A stretch of 64,000 nt of DNA, from the NCBI RefSeq assembly GCF_006345805.1, contig NC_042998.1, positions 6,572,001 through 6,636,000 of the forward strand, in the 5' to 3' direction. Position 1 is the first letter of the stretch. Each line of letters begins with the position of its first letter. The position numbers and the translations under genes are program-made. This document shows positions 25,471 to 39,325 of the stretch, piece after piece. The notes under the pieces were generated by a model. That model had not been told where the DNA came from. It did not search any database and saw only the letters and a program-made list of their open reading frames with translations. The stretch is from Octopus sinensis. Taxonomy: Eukaryota.

Positions 25471-27362
25471 AAACATACATACATACATAATACAGACATG
25501 CAGACATACACACACACATACTCATAAGCACATGCACACACACAATGGACTTCTATCAGTGTCTGTCTGCCAAATCTGCTCCCAAGGCTTTGATCAGATC
25601 AAGGTTATAGTTATAAGACACTTGCCCAAGGTACCACACAATGGGACTAAACTTGGAACTATGTAATTTGAAAGGAGGCCCTCAAAGTCGCTGGAAATGG
25701 AGATCTCCAGGTCCCAATTCTTGGACGGCCCCATTACACTCTTGGAAGACCAGCCTTAAAAACTGTGCCAGATAAGATTGGAACCTGGTGCAACTCCCTG
25801 GCTTACCATTTTCAGTCAAACTGTCTAACCCATGCCAACATAGACAGTGGACGTTAAACGATGATGATTATGATGATGATGATGATTCAATTGTTGAAAA
25901 CGAAGGAATATAGAAGAAATTTGGTGGCTGTTAACAATCAAAATTACTATCAATTATTTATTTGATAAAGTGAAAAATGTATACACATACTTCAATTTCC
26001 TAATCAAATTTAAGAGAATTATGGCATTGCTGGCATAAATCTCCTCTAGACAATTCTAGAGTCAATTCTTCATTTAAAAGAATGCCATTATACACTTTAA
26101 GTTAGTGTCAATATTTGGTGAGAGAAAACTACTAATCAACGTTGACAGATTTAATTCCTTTGAAGAGTTGACAGTTACTTTATTAAATGTCACGGAAGAT
26201 TTTGTGACCTTCTTCATTAGCATTTCTTTATAGGTTCTGTCCTACAAGAACTTCCAAGCCAATTAATTTTGGGTCATTTGTAGACTTAAATGAAATTACT
26301 ATCCACTAGTCTCTGTTTTGACATTTTATTTTCAGAGAAATGAAGCAACAACTTGTCTTGCTTCCACCCCCACTTCTACCACCACCACCACCACCTGAGA
26401 TATTGATCTACATCGTCTAAGATCACTAGGAGACAACACTAAAGTACTTATATAGTGTTAACCGTGAGGTTTTGTCAAATAGCAGCTTATAAATATTAGA
26501 AAGCAAAAAAAAAAATACAATAAATAAATAAATAAATAAAAGTTGTCGTGGGTGCAGGAGTGGCTGTGTGAGTAAGAAGCTTGCTTCTCAATCATCTGGT
26601 GTTGGGTTCAATCCCACTGTGTAACAACTTGAGTGTCTTTTACTATAACCCCAGGTAACGATCATGCTTGAATGGGGCTTTTTACCTGCCATCGGCATGA
26701 AGGCCAGCTTGTTGCTCTGGTAACGATCTCACTTGTGGCAACGATCTCACTCCTCCTCCTCCTCATCATCATCATCATTTAACGTCCGTTTTCCATGCTA
26801 GCATGGGTTGGACGGTTCAACAGGGGTCTGGGAAACCCGAAGGCTGCACCAGGCCCAGTCTGATCTCGCAGAGTTTCTACAGCTGGATGCCCTTCCTAAC
26901 GCCAACCACTCTCTGAGTGTAGTGGGTGCTTTTTACGTGCCACCTGCACAGGTGCCAGACGGAGCTGGCAAACGGCCACGAACAGATGGTGCTTTTACGT
27001 GCCACCGGCATGGGGGCCAGGCGAGGCTGGCAACGGACAAGGAATTTTACTCCTCAACTTAAATCAATATATTTTGGGGTAATTGGTTAAAAAGGGTTCC
27101 CTGACTACTGACATAGTGCAATTGTAATAAAAGAAAAATTACAGCAACTCCTAATGATTCTTAATGCTATTTACTGTCTTTGTTTAACCCCTTGCATATG
27201 AGAAGTGGTGCTGACCATATCGAAACCCTGTGTGTGAGCAGTGCAATGTCTCACTCTGTGCAGCACCGGGTTTTCAAATATGCCACACTGAAAAGAATCG
27301 GTAAATACACTGTAAAATTCCTTGTATGAAAAATTATGTTGTTACTGAACGATCTAATACCT

Positions 27363-27592
27363 ATTTCTTTATTACCCACAAGAGGCTAAACACAGAGGGG
27401 ACAAACAAGGACAGACATAGGTATTAAGTCGATTACATCGACCCCAGTGTGTAACTGGTACTTAATTTATCGACCCCGAAAGGATGAAAGGCAAAGTCGA
27501 CCTCGGCGGAATCTGAACTCACAACGTAACGCAGACGAAATACCGCTAAGCATTTCGCCCGGCGTGCTAACGTTTCTGCCAGCTCGCCGCCT
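27363..27592 (-). mobile_element. Full-length SINE family B with CTAATACC target duplication
   Basis: Head GGCGGCGAGCTGGCAGAAACGTTAGC; ctaatacc on both flanks. Confidence 0.85.
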
Positions 27593-29119
27593 AATACCAG
27601 GTACACTACACAGCCAGTCAGTATTAAATCTGTCTGCAAGAGGTCAATTAGTTCTTATCATTTAAGAAGATTAACAAAACAGGTGTGGCTGGGTTAAGAA
27701 ACTGGATTCAAAACCATGTGTTTCTGGGTTCATTTCCATGGTTCAGCATCTTGGACAAGTATTTTCTGTAATAGTTTAAGGTTGAGTGATGCCTTCACAG
27801 TGAAATATTTGGTAGACAAATGATGTCTGGAATATTTCTTATATGTATGTATGTTTTATGTATTTATGTATATGGTATGTATGTATGTATGTATGTATGT
27901 ATGTATGTATGTATGTATGTATGTATGTATGTATGCGAGTATGTATGTGTGTGTGTATGTAGGAAAGTATGTTTGTATGTATGTAGTATGTGTGTGTCTA
28001 TGTATGAATGTATGTATATATTCTTTTATACCTTTATATGTTTTAGCCTTAAGATTGTGGCCATGCTGGTGTACCACTACCTGTATGTTGAATGTATGTA
28101 TGTATGTATGTATGTATGTATGTATGTATGTATGTATGTATGTATGTATGTATAAAGTGTGTGTTCATATTTCCACCAGTTTAAACAATCAGAGTTGTTT
28201 ATGTTATGTCCTTTAATGGTTATAACTTAGCAGTTTGACAAATATAAATGATAAAATAAGCTCCAGGCTGAAGGTGGTTTTCAAGCATGAAAACAGTCCA
28301 ACCGTTGAAACCAGTATGAAAAATGAAAAAGTTTCTATATCTCTCTATGTCTTGAGTTCCAACGTCACAGGGATTGATGTTACATTTGTCCCTATTGGGA
28401 TCAGTAAAATAAGTACCAGTTATGTAATGGGTTAAGCAGAACCAACTATACTCAACTTCAACAGATTTATGACCTTGAGTCAATGGAAGTTATGCCTGAA
28501 GATTAAACGTGTTGCAAGATTTTCTCAACCAGACATTGGGAATCCGAGCGAATGTTTTGCCCTTAGCTTAAAGGTTGTTTTCATGTTTATTTACAACTTC
28601 CAAGACTGGGAGCAAGAATAGAAGGAATAACATTGTTATTGATTGTAGTAGTGTGGAAGGTGTTTATAAGCCATTTAAGAAACACACAAAAACCATTAGA
28701 TTCACTTCAACATTTAAATTTAATTTGTCAAAATATTTTCGGCGCTTTGAGACCTAGACCTGTTTTTTTTTTTTTTGTTCCAGCACACAATCTCAGATCA
28801 GGTCACTTGCTATGCAAGTACATCTTCGTAAAGTGTTATTGATGTTTAGTGTGAATAGTTGCAGGAAGAAATATTCAACAAAACATACAGTGTTTGGTCT
28901 GGTCTTCTCTCGTCTCATAATGTTATGTTGAGTTAAATTATTTCTGCAGCTTTTTAACTAAGAATAGACTATCTTACAGCTACAACCATACAAATATTGC
29001 CTTCAAGCAATTGACACCAATTGCCCTTTTGCTTCAAACTGCAATTAATGTAAGGTCTAATGTTAGTGGAGAGGGTTAAAACTAAATGATTTTCCTGACT
29101 TTGTGTGATACACCTGTGC

Positions 29120-29900
29120 AGTGAAGGCACACAGTACAGTGGTTAGAGCATTGGGCACACAATCACAAGGTTGTAAGTTCAATTCCAGGACTGGGCTGTG
29201 TGTTGTGTTCTTGAGCAAGACACTTTATTTAACATTACTCCAATTCACTCATCAGTAGAAATGGCTGTGATGTCACTGGGGCCAAGCTGTATCGGCCCCT
29301 TTGCCTTTCTGCTGGACAACATCAGTGGCATGGAGAGATGAGGTTGGTATGCATGAGCAACTACTAATCTTCCATAAACAAAATTTGCCTTAACTTGTGC
29401 CTCGGAAGGTAATTTTCTAGGTGCAATCCCATGGTCATTCATGACCCAAGGGGGTCATACCCTTTAGCTTCTATCCTTTACCCTGTGCTCAGGAGTGGCT
29501 GTGTGGTAAGTAGCTTGCCTACCAACCACATGGTTCTGGGTTCAGTCCCACTGTGTGGCATCTTGGGCAAGTGTCTTCTGCTATAGCCTCGGGCTGACCA
29601 ATGCCTTGTGAGTGGATTTGGTAGACGGAAACTGAAAGAAGCCTGTCGTATATATGTATATATATGTATGTATGTGTATGTATATGTTTGTGTGTCTGTG
29701 TTTGTCCCTCTAGCATTGCTTGACAACCGATGCTGGCGTGTTTACGTCCCCGTCACTTAGCGGTTCGGCAAAAAGAGACTAATAGAATAAATACTGGGCT
29801 TACAAAGGAATAAGTCCCGGGGTCGATTTGCTCGACTAAAGGCGGTGCTCCAGCATGGCCACAGTCAAATGACTGAAACAAGTAAAAGAGTAAAAGAGTA
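29120..29900 (+). mobile_element. tRNA-derived SINE (~29120-29460) followed by SINE family A (~29485-29900)
   Basis: Both have A/B-box-like heads; the first is homologous to 51925-52255 (-). Confidence 0.75.
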
Positions 29901-30117
29901 TATAAATCTACAAAGCTAGTAAACATGTATATCAAGTTGTTCTATGTTGACCTTCATTAAAAGAGGTGATGTAAAATAATCTATTATGGTTCTAATGTTA
30001 GATGACTCTGAAAAGTCAAATACTCCATGATAGACTTAAAAAAGAGTTCAGCATCTGTTCTGAGATATAAAATAACTAAAAGAGTATTGTAACTTGCTCG
30101 GAGCATTGCACTGTGCA

Positions 30118-30410
30118 TCATCATCATCATCATCATCATCATCGTTTAACGTCCACTTTCCATGCTAGCATGGGTTGGACGGTTCAACTGGGGTCTGGGG
30201 AGCCCGAAGGCTGCACCAGGCCAGTCAGATCTGACAGTGTTTCTACAGCTGGATGCCATTCCTAATGCCAACCACTCCGAGAGTGTAGTGGGTGATTTTA
30301 TGTGCCACCGACACAGGTGCCAGACGAGGCTGGCGAACGGCCAAGCTCGGATGGTGTTTTTTATGTGCCACCGGCACAGGTGCCAGACGAGGCTGGCAGA
30401 CGGCATAAAT
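30118..30410 (-). mobile_element. SINE-like family C
   Basis: Conserved core and (ATC)n end. Confidence 0.8.
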
Positions 30411-30539
30411 GACATAAATGTCTGGAACCCCCTCGCCAAAAAAAAAAACTTTAATGCAGGTGAGAAGTTAAGCAAAACATGTAAGTTTGTGTCAAAAAAT
30501 GAAAAAAACAACAAAAAAATTTTGTATTACCTTATATAG

Positions 30540-30746
30540 GTTTACATTATTTACATTATTTACATTATTTACATTATTTACATTTAACGGGTATTTATCC
30601 TCATCTTGTTTGTTATTAACACAACATTTCAGCTGATATACCCTCCAGCCTTCTTCAGGTGTCTTGGGGGAAATTTCAAACCTGGGTTCTCATTCCTAAG
30701 GTATTTTTTGATGTTGTTGCTATTATTATTATAATTATTATTATTA

Positions 30747-30781
<35 letters not shown>

Positions 30782-30935
30782 GTTATTGTTCAGGTCACTG
30801 CTTGGAATCGAACTCAGAATCTTGGGGTTAGTAGCCCACACTCTTAACCACTACGCCATATGCCTGTGGATGAGGCCAAATATCTGTTGAATGTAAATAA
30901 TGTACATAATTCCTCATCTCTTAAATATAGAACTT
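30540..30935 (-). mobile_element. tRNA-headed HHR element (copy 2) with an inverted copy of its own tail upstream of the head
   Basis: Colinear with 1505-1855. HHR GACAC-CTGAAGA-A-GGCTG..CAGCT-GAAA-TGTT-GTGTT at 30618-30663. Plus-strand gatgaggccaaatatctgttgaatgtaaataatg at 30869 repeats the tail in the opposite orientation. Confidence 0.8.
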
Positions 30936-32174
30936 ATATAGGTTGTTTAATGATTTTATATTTACCAGAAAATACATGCTAGAGTGGTCTACCAGTAACA
31001 ATACATTTCTCTGAAGTCTGATTATTTTCTTCCTTCAATTTGAAAAGGGGAAACTTTTCCAAAATATTATAGGATCATTAAACATTCTAGCTAAGGTAAT
31101 ACAACATGATTTCTCTTTCACCTTACATATTTTGACTAACTTCTCACCTGCATTGTTCAAAGTTTCATCAAGCATTTACAACATAATTATTGTTTCTTGT
31201 ATAAGAACACAACCAAAAATTTGAGAAAAAGTTACCAGTCAAAGAAATTTAACTCTGGCACTTCATTGTTACTTTATTTGACCGCAGCAGGACTTGAACT
31301 CAGAATGTAAAGGGCCAGAACAAATACTGCACAGCATTTACCAGACATTTTAACAATTTTACCAATAATCAATGTGCTTCAGAAAATTCACAAAAAAATG
31401 TAATACATGAAAAGACTAATACAATAATTAGAAATGTGAAATGCTAAGCAATGGAATTTTATCTGTTTATTTATTTATTTATTTATTTATTCCTTCCTTC
31501 ATTTATTTAATATGGTTTTCACTAGAGATATAATCTATGAACTTCTTGCTAAAATATCAACCAAAAAATTCATAGCAGAGAAATTTTATAAAAGAATTTT
31601 TGCTGAGTTAAGATGACTCCGAAACAGGAAAATATCTTAGTTCCCATCTAACAGAACTAGTGATAGGCTTAACAGCATTGTATTTTAAAAATACCTTTAA
31701 AAAATTAGATCTTCTGATTTCCATTATTCTGAAATTATGTCAGTAGACTTCTAGAAGCACAAATTGTTAATTTGATGTGAGGAGCTTACAGTTTAATTTA
31801 TTTTACATCTAGTCTCATATTTTACGAGAAATTCTTAATTAACTGAGTTCTTTATTTTCAGCATATAATGAGCAGCAGATCTTGTTATTGCTGTTATTGT
31901 AATTATTGTTAATGTTGATATGTGTAAACTAAAATAGACTTATACGTACAAGATATAACTTACCTGAAGAAAATTTATATTCTTATCCATAAATATGCAT
32001 ACGTAAAATTAGTTCAGACATTTATACACTTTTATTTTATTACAGTTACATACAGACAATCATTGACATATGAACAAATTAGTATGGTAGCATGTATGTA
32101 AATGTGTCATAGAATGTGTACATGTATGTATGTGCTAATGTTTATGTGTATGTTAATTGCTTACAACTACTACC

Positions 32175-32220
32175 AGATCTATCAGAGCGAACTGATAATG
32201 ATTTCAAAGGAACTGCTGGC
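32175..32220 (-). CDS. Candidate 46-nt exon (PAVPLKSLSVRSDRSx)
   Basis: Acceptor ttttatatattgtag, donor gtagta, open frame in phase 0-1. Unassigned. Confidence 0.25.
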
Positions 32221-33022
32221 TACAATATATAAAAATATATGAAATGTTGGAATTGGCATAGCTTTGGGATTTAAGCCTCCAGTGCAGAAATGTTCACCTC
32301 TAAAGTGACTGCCATATTGTACAGGTTTTTGCTTTCATTGTTTATGATTGTATATATAAATTGGTGTATATAAATGAGTGTAGGCTGGTTGTTCACAAAT
32401 AATGTCTTATATTCTATTGTTCTTAAAACAATAATATTTTCAAAATATTCGTTTTAGCTTGTTTTCATTTCATCAAAATGACAACAAACTGTTAAGAGGT
32501 TTTTGACATTCTTTTATAGAAGAGAATTCCTGTGTTCGTGACAAACAAATTTTTGGATAAAAGCTTAATTGTTGATGATTTTAAAATTAGGAAGACGATT
32601 CATAGAAATGAAACAAACTCCATTAACTAAACCTAAATAGAATGTTAAATACATTCTGAAATGATTAACAAAATGTTAAGCTGATGTTTGAGCAAAACAG
32701 ATTAGTTTAATAAACCTTGAAGTGTAATCAGACAGATTGGCAGAGCATAAGATAAAATTCCTTGTATTTAATTGAATCCTTATACATTTTGAATTAAAAT
32801 TCTGCTGGGTATCAGCTGTAACTGTCATCATTTTGGGTCCAGTAAAATAAGAGATTGATTAAATCAAGATCTCCCCACAAAATAAAAGAAAGTGGGATTT
32901 TTACCAATATTAGAAGACATTAGACTGAAAGAGCCATTAGAGTATAATTCGTGGTACAAGTCTGGTTCTTTGTTATCTGAGTTCAAGACTTGCAAAGGTT
33001 CATTTTGCTTTATAACCTCTCA

Positions 33023-33417
33023 TCTATATATAAAAAAGTGAGGTTGTGTGGTGTCTGTCTTCTACGATTTAGATTCCTAACTACTCCCACATTTTGCGGT
33101 GCAGTTTAACCAAAACCGGGTATCTTATAGTCGTGATTCATATCAAGCTCTTCTGGGTATCAGCGCGCGTCTATGATGAGTCTACGATTTAAAAAAAAAT
33201 TTACCATCATTTTTCCCCATTTTTAATGCATTTTTGGCATATATAATGGAAGTAACTCTCTATAAATGTATTATTAAATCTCAGAACGTAAAAAGCTACA
33301 GTAACACTCCACTTTGTGGTTAGCCATATTGAGATGGCTATTATACTTTACATCTCTAAAAATGCTTATATAGTTATTTCCCTTACAAACCCAAGCAACA
33401 CCGGGTGATACTGCTAG
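33023..33417 (+). mobile_element. Non-autonomous Helitron (~395 bp)
   Basis: A|TCTATATATAAA 5' end, subterminal CCCAAGCAACACCGGG hairpin, CTAG|T 3' end and no TSD. Confidence 0.75.
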
Positions 33418-33699
33418 TATTTGATAAATGAACAGCTTGTCAAGTATTGGTATCTGTGTATTTCACTGGTCCCTTCTCCCAAATTGTTTGCCTTCTGCCT
33501 ATGTTTAGCAATTAGCATCATCATTGTTGTTGTTGTAATTGTTGTTGATGCTGTTGTTGTCATTGCTATTATTTATGGTTTCCTATCATTATAACTTTAT
33601 TTCAGCTGCCTTTGTACCGGGCATCTTCCAGAGGCCAAGAGTAGCAAGGGGCACTTTTGTTTTGCCATGAATGCTAAAATTATCACCACATTTATTCCA

Positions 33700-33900
33700 T
33701 TTTAAACGGAGAGTGCTTTCCATAGTATTCGGGCTGTACTCCTCAAGGTAAACTTTTGTAGTTCACAGTGATTGGAGTTATTAGAGAGTTGCTTAATGTA
33801 CTTCTCAGCTCCCTTCTTTATCATTCCCAACGCACCAATTACCACTGGTTTAATTGTAGTACTAAGCTTCCACATGTTTTGTGATTTCAATTTGCAGCTC
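33700..33900 (-). mobile_element. Second Dong/R4-like RLE 3' fragment
   Basis: MWKLSTTIKPVVIGALGMIKKG..ELQKFTLRSTARILWKAL, adjacent to (GAA)n. Confidence 0.7.
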
Positions 33901-34908
33901 TTTCTTCTTCTTCTTCTTCTTCTTCTTCTTGTCATTAGTATTTTACTAAAGGGATGAGCTGATAGAATCATTACCATTCCAGGACAAAATAGAAGTTGAG
34001 CACTGGGGTTGATGTAATCAACTAGCCCCCAGCCCCATATTTCTGGCCCTGAGCCCAAATTTGAAAACGTTATTACTGTAAGACCTGTGAACTGGCAAAA
34101 TCATTAGCATGTCAGACAAAATGTTTAGCAGCATTGCACCTGTTTATACAATCTGAGTTCAAATTCTGCTACGGTCAACTTTGCCTTTTGAGGGTCAATA
34201 AAATAAGTACCAGTTGTGAGCTGGGTGTCGATGTAACTGTCTTATCTCTCCCTCTCTCTCTCTCTCCCATAACTGCTGGCCTTTTACCAAAATTTGAAAC
34301 CAGTGACCGTTATCCCTGAAAATGGATAAAAGAGACAAGGCTATCCCTAAGCAGTTTTGAATTCAGAATGCAAAGGGACATAAATAAATACCAAATTTTA
34401 TCATAAACACCATTCTAAAACCATTCTGTTGCCCACCAACCTTTGCTTTAAATATTGACAACTAAGAGAGAGAATATAAATCTTAAAGTTTCACTCATTA
34501 TAATGTCAAAATAAATGTCAGATACTGAAGAGTACCACCAAGTTTTCAGTCAATCTAGTTTAAGTTCACAAGCTTTCTTTTATCCCCAGTTGAAACTTCT
34601 TTACTTTATATCACTAATGCTCAAGAGATAAACGTAACTGCTCCTTCTCCCCACTTCCCTGGTTCTACACTATGTCTGTGTGTCACTTTTTTTCCTTTTT
34701 TATTATTGATTTCTGTTGTCTATGTTAGAGTTGAAATACTACTTACATTACTTTTAAAAGAAAAAGCATCTTTTTATTATTTTTTTTTTCAATGAATAAT
34801 TATACTGCATTGTTTTGATGATATGACTTATAATGTATTTATATATATATCTATCAATCTGTCTATATAGTTATCTATCTATTTATCTGTCTATCAGTCT
34901 CTCTCACA

Positions 34909-34980
<72 letters not shown>

Positions 34981-34990
34981 ATAATATATA

Positions 34991-35022
<32 letters not shown>

Positions 35023-35144
35023 GTAGGTCCCGGTTGAGTCGGGGTTAACCACAGTTCTAGTCCTGTAGAAGCTCCTTCTATAAAATAAAATATATATATA
35101 TACACACACACATATATATATATATGTATATATATATACACACC

Positions 35145-35184
<40 letters not shown>

Positions 35185-35190
35185 TATATA

Positions 35191-35230
<40 letters not shown>

Positions 35231-35450
35231 CCACCCCGAGAGTGTAAAAAGAAGCCACTACACTCTTGGAGTGGTTGGCATTAGGAAGGGTATCCAGCTG
35301 TAGAAACTCTGCCAGATCAAGACTGGAGCCTGGTGCAGCCATCTGGTTGCCAGCCCTCAGTCAAAAATCGTCCAACCCATGCTAGCATGGAAAGCGGACG
35401 TTAAACGATGATGATGGTGATGATGATGATATATATATATTATATATATA

Positions 35451-35483
<33 letters not shown>

Positions 35484-35487
35484 CATA

Positions 35488-35967
35488 CAGTAAACTCTCA
35501 AGTATAATCTGCATTTTTTCCCCAAAATTTAATGGTCAAAATCCCTAGTGCACACTATATACGAGGTTAAAAAGGAAAATTATTTTCTAAGCAATGTCCG
35601 AATCTCTATTTGCTGTCCGGTAGTGTTTATTCAGATGCATTTTGTGATGTCAGGTGCGAAAATACCTTAAATCATCCATAACTTGCAGTTAGCAACGTTT
35701 ATTAAATGTTATTACTGTTATTTCTTTATTTTCTGCAAACAAAATGCACAAAAAAGCTACACGTTTGCATTATGTTATATATACAATAATAATAAAGGAT
35801 GTTACTGTATACATTTTTACAAACCAAGGACGTTATATAGAACTCCTCGACTCAAGTTAGAGAAGGGGTGCGTATTATACACAAGGTTTAGTTATTTCAG
35901 AGGTACAGCCCCCTAAAAATTCTCCGCATATTATACTCAAGGGCGGACTATACTCGAGGATCTATGG
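35488..35967 (+). mobile_element. Tc1/mariner-type MITE (copy 1)
   Basis: Degenerate TIRs CAGTAAACTCTCAAGTATA / TATACTCGAGGATCTATGG with TA flanks. Homologous to 39326-39849. Confidence 0.8.
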
Positions 35968-37139
35968 TATATATATATATATATATGCACACACATCAGA
36001 AATGCTGTCTTGCAACAATTAGATACAATTAGCATTTATACATGGCTGTCTGGGTATGCGGGTATTTTGAAAATACCTCACACAGAGACAACTGTGCCCT
36101 GTGTAGTTACAAGTTGCCCTTTGGCAAAGTATAGCAGCCCTTCAGCCACTCTGCCCTGGATATGGCAAAGATTTCCTAATCTGCTGCATGGAGAATTGTG
36201 AAGAGGTATCAGAAAAGCTCAACTGAGCCAACAGTGCTTCTTACATTGATGCTGAGCGAAGGAATCATAGATCAATAGTCAGGATGACAAAGTTCTATCA
36301 AGAGAGTTACTGCAATGCACCCACAAGGTTGGCATCCATGGCTGTGTAAGGAAAAACTCACTATGATCAATCTCCCAATTAAAATTCATAATAATGGAAT
36401 TGAGATAGCAACAGAGTCTTGGAAATCTGCAAAAGAAACATGGTTGTAGGGCCCTGGTTTGGGAGTTTCAGAGCTTTGAGGCCTAAGGACTCACCTCTTA
36501 ACCACTACTGTTTTAAGTCTACTCTAACCTGGAGTTGTAGTAACAGTGAAGGTCCTAGCTATGGGCTAAAAAGCATGTAAATAGAGGCCAGCTGTGACTA
36601 TGGGAATCAACAATCTCAGACCACAGGTGACCCCTTGGCAAGGCGTAGCATCTGGCAATCACCTGGGTCAGAGTTACATGGAAATCATAGGGTGCAACAT
36701 GGGGGATGTGAACTGTTTCAGCAGATGATGTTATTGAGCTAATAACGAATGTCATTAAATCGTGAGCATATGAACCAACAAGAAATGTCGATGACCAGAA
36801 CAAACCAGATCAGTTAGGTGGTCGGAAGCAACCATCAAGATCAGGATGGCACAAACATGGACTGCCTGTTGCAAGCAATTGGGTCTGGAACTCCAAATTG
36901 CCCAGGCGAATCAAGATCAAGCTGTTCATATATAAATAAATATCTGTAAATATAAACCATCCGATCTTCTGATTACCTCATTTCTTCTAATATATAATAC
37001 CTGTACATCATCTCCAAACCTTCCAATATATATATATATCATCATCATCATCATCATCGTTTAACGTCCGCTTTCCATGCTAGCATGGGTTGGACGATTT
37101 TTGACTGAGGGCTGGCAAACCAGATGGCTGCACCAGGCT

Positions 37140-37460
37140 ACAGTCAGTGAAACATGGACACTGACTAAGAAATTATTAAACGGGTTAGATAGCTGCTACA
37201 CAAGGATGCTGCAAATGGCCCTTAATGTGAAATGGCAGCGACATATGACAAATGAATGCCTTTATGGAGAACTGTTGGAAGTTAGTGATAAGATTAAGCA
37301 AAGATGGTTGCAACTATTTGGTTACTTCATGTGGCACCACTGAACGGGAAACATCCAAATTAGTCTTGTGGAACCCACTTCATGATGGTGTAAGAAGAGG
37401 AAAACCTCATCACACTTGCATCAACAGTCTGATTGCAGATACAGGTCTGGAATGTATCTA
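37140..37460 (+). mobile_element. RTE-like LINE C-terminal fragment
   Basis: SETWTLTKKLLNGLDSCYTRMLQMALNVKW..TNECLYG..LVLWNPLHDGVRRGKP. Confidence 0.7.
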
Positions 37461-38026
37461 GGACTCTGAGGTGGGGATACGGGGCCAAGAAATGTTGTTG
37501 CACCCAGGTTTGGAACCCAGCCATAACAACAACAGACCAGTTAGGAAATTAACAAAAGTAACGTTGGTCTGATCAGGTTGCCTGACCTGAATGGTGGTGC
37601 TCTTATATATGTGCTGTTGTGTAGAATTTCTGTTCTGAGGTATATTTATTTGACGCCATTCTTCTTTTCAATATGTTTTGGAAAGAAACAAATATTGCAA
37701 AATTTTCATTCTTCTTCCTTACTTAATCTAAGTCTTTGTAGGTTAAGTTAGAAATCTATAAATAAACAAAAGCCTTTATTGATATCACTTAAACATATAA
37801 AGCAGCTGGTCACTGTCAGCTCTGGCATCACATCCATCTTTAATCAATTTTTATACACACACCTGCACACTATGTATATATACACACACACACATACACA
37901 TATATATATATATATATATATGCAGAAACATATATATACATACATTCATAAATACATACACACATACATACATACATACATACATACATACATACATACA
38001 TACATACATACACACACATATATATG

Positions 38027-38441
38027 AGTAAGTGTAATGAGAAGCAAGTTAGGCAAGTCAATTTACACTGAATATCAAATACATTTAATAGAAAGAATGT
38101 ACAAGTGCATGGATATAAAACATAGAATAGTCTGACTTACAGAATATAAATAGTTTAAAGTCAATTCTGTCAACTCCTCAAATGTAAAATTCTCTCCTGA
38201 AGATGGAGGCAGTATTATCTGATAATGAATCCAAATAACTATCATTGTTCTGGATCAGCAAACCCTAGAAACAGCTGTTGGACTCATAAAACTCTACCCA
38301 TTTAACTCCTGATATCATTTATATTCTATAAGTCAGACTATTTTATATTTTATATCCATATATGTACGTTTTTTCCATTAAATGTATTTAATATTCAGTG
38401 TAAATCGACTTGCCTAACTTATTTCTCATTACATTTACTTA
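38027..38441 (+). mobile_element. Inverted-repeat element (~125-bp arms) enclosing an HHR-like motif
   Basis: Arms 38027-38151 and 38317-38441. Inside: CTGAAGA at 38197 and GAA-ACAGCTGT-T at 38268-38279. Confidence 0.7.
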
Positions 38442-38680
38442 TCTACCAGCTCAATTTCAAATCTCTTGAGTATTCTAATTAGAGAACACCTGTCTCTAAC
38501 TTATAAACTATATGTGTGTGCGCATGTGTGTGTGCATACATGTGTGTATGCATGCATGTGTGTGTTTATGTGTGTGGTGGTGTATACACTCACACATCAT
38601 ATACATATAAATAACCAATTATATGTATATACTATATATACATAACGATATATGTATATATATATACACACACATAACCA

Positions 38681-38728
<48 letters not shown>

Positions 38729-39325
38729 TAACCATATATATATATATATATATATATACATAACCATATATATATATATATGTACACACATACATACATA
38801 CACCAAGCATACCTACATACATATACGTATATGCATGTACATGCATATACATACACATATACATTCTTACAAAGTTATTTGTAATTTTCTAATAAGCCAT
38901 AAAAAAAAAAGGAAGAAAATAGAACAACGAAACAAATAATAAATCAAAACAAGAATAAACCAACAAAGAGTGCCACAACTCTATACAGGACATGAAGAGA
39001 ATATGACCATAAAAAAAATAAGAACAAAGCATTTAAGTAACAAAGCTTAAAATGATGGTCACAAATCTCATTTGGAAATAAATAGCTCTGATATAAAACA
39101 TTTGTTAATTGCTGCTGCTACTGCTGTTGCTGCTGCTGCTGCTGTTGTTGTTGTTATTTTTGTTGTTGTTGATGGTGGTGGCAGCAGTGGTGATGGTGGT
39201 GGTGATGATGGCTGTTGGTGGTGATGTTTTTTAGCTTTCAAGTTGGCCCTGTTTAAATAGACCTATGAATCAAATAGTTTCATTTCAGTTGTGACAGACT
39301 TGTGCATAATTTAAAACATTATATA

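Noticed and set aside
28725-28762. Minus-strand GAAA-ATATT-T-TGACA half-hammerhead
   Set aside because: The 5' core is missing (truncated into a poly-T tract); counted only as a half motif.
36190-36900. Possible LINE endonuclease remnant
   Set aside because: Only hints of motifs; too degenerate to assign a class.
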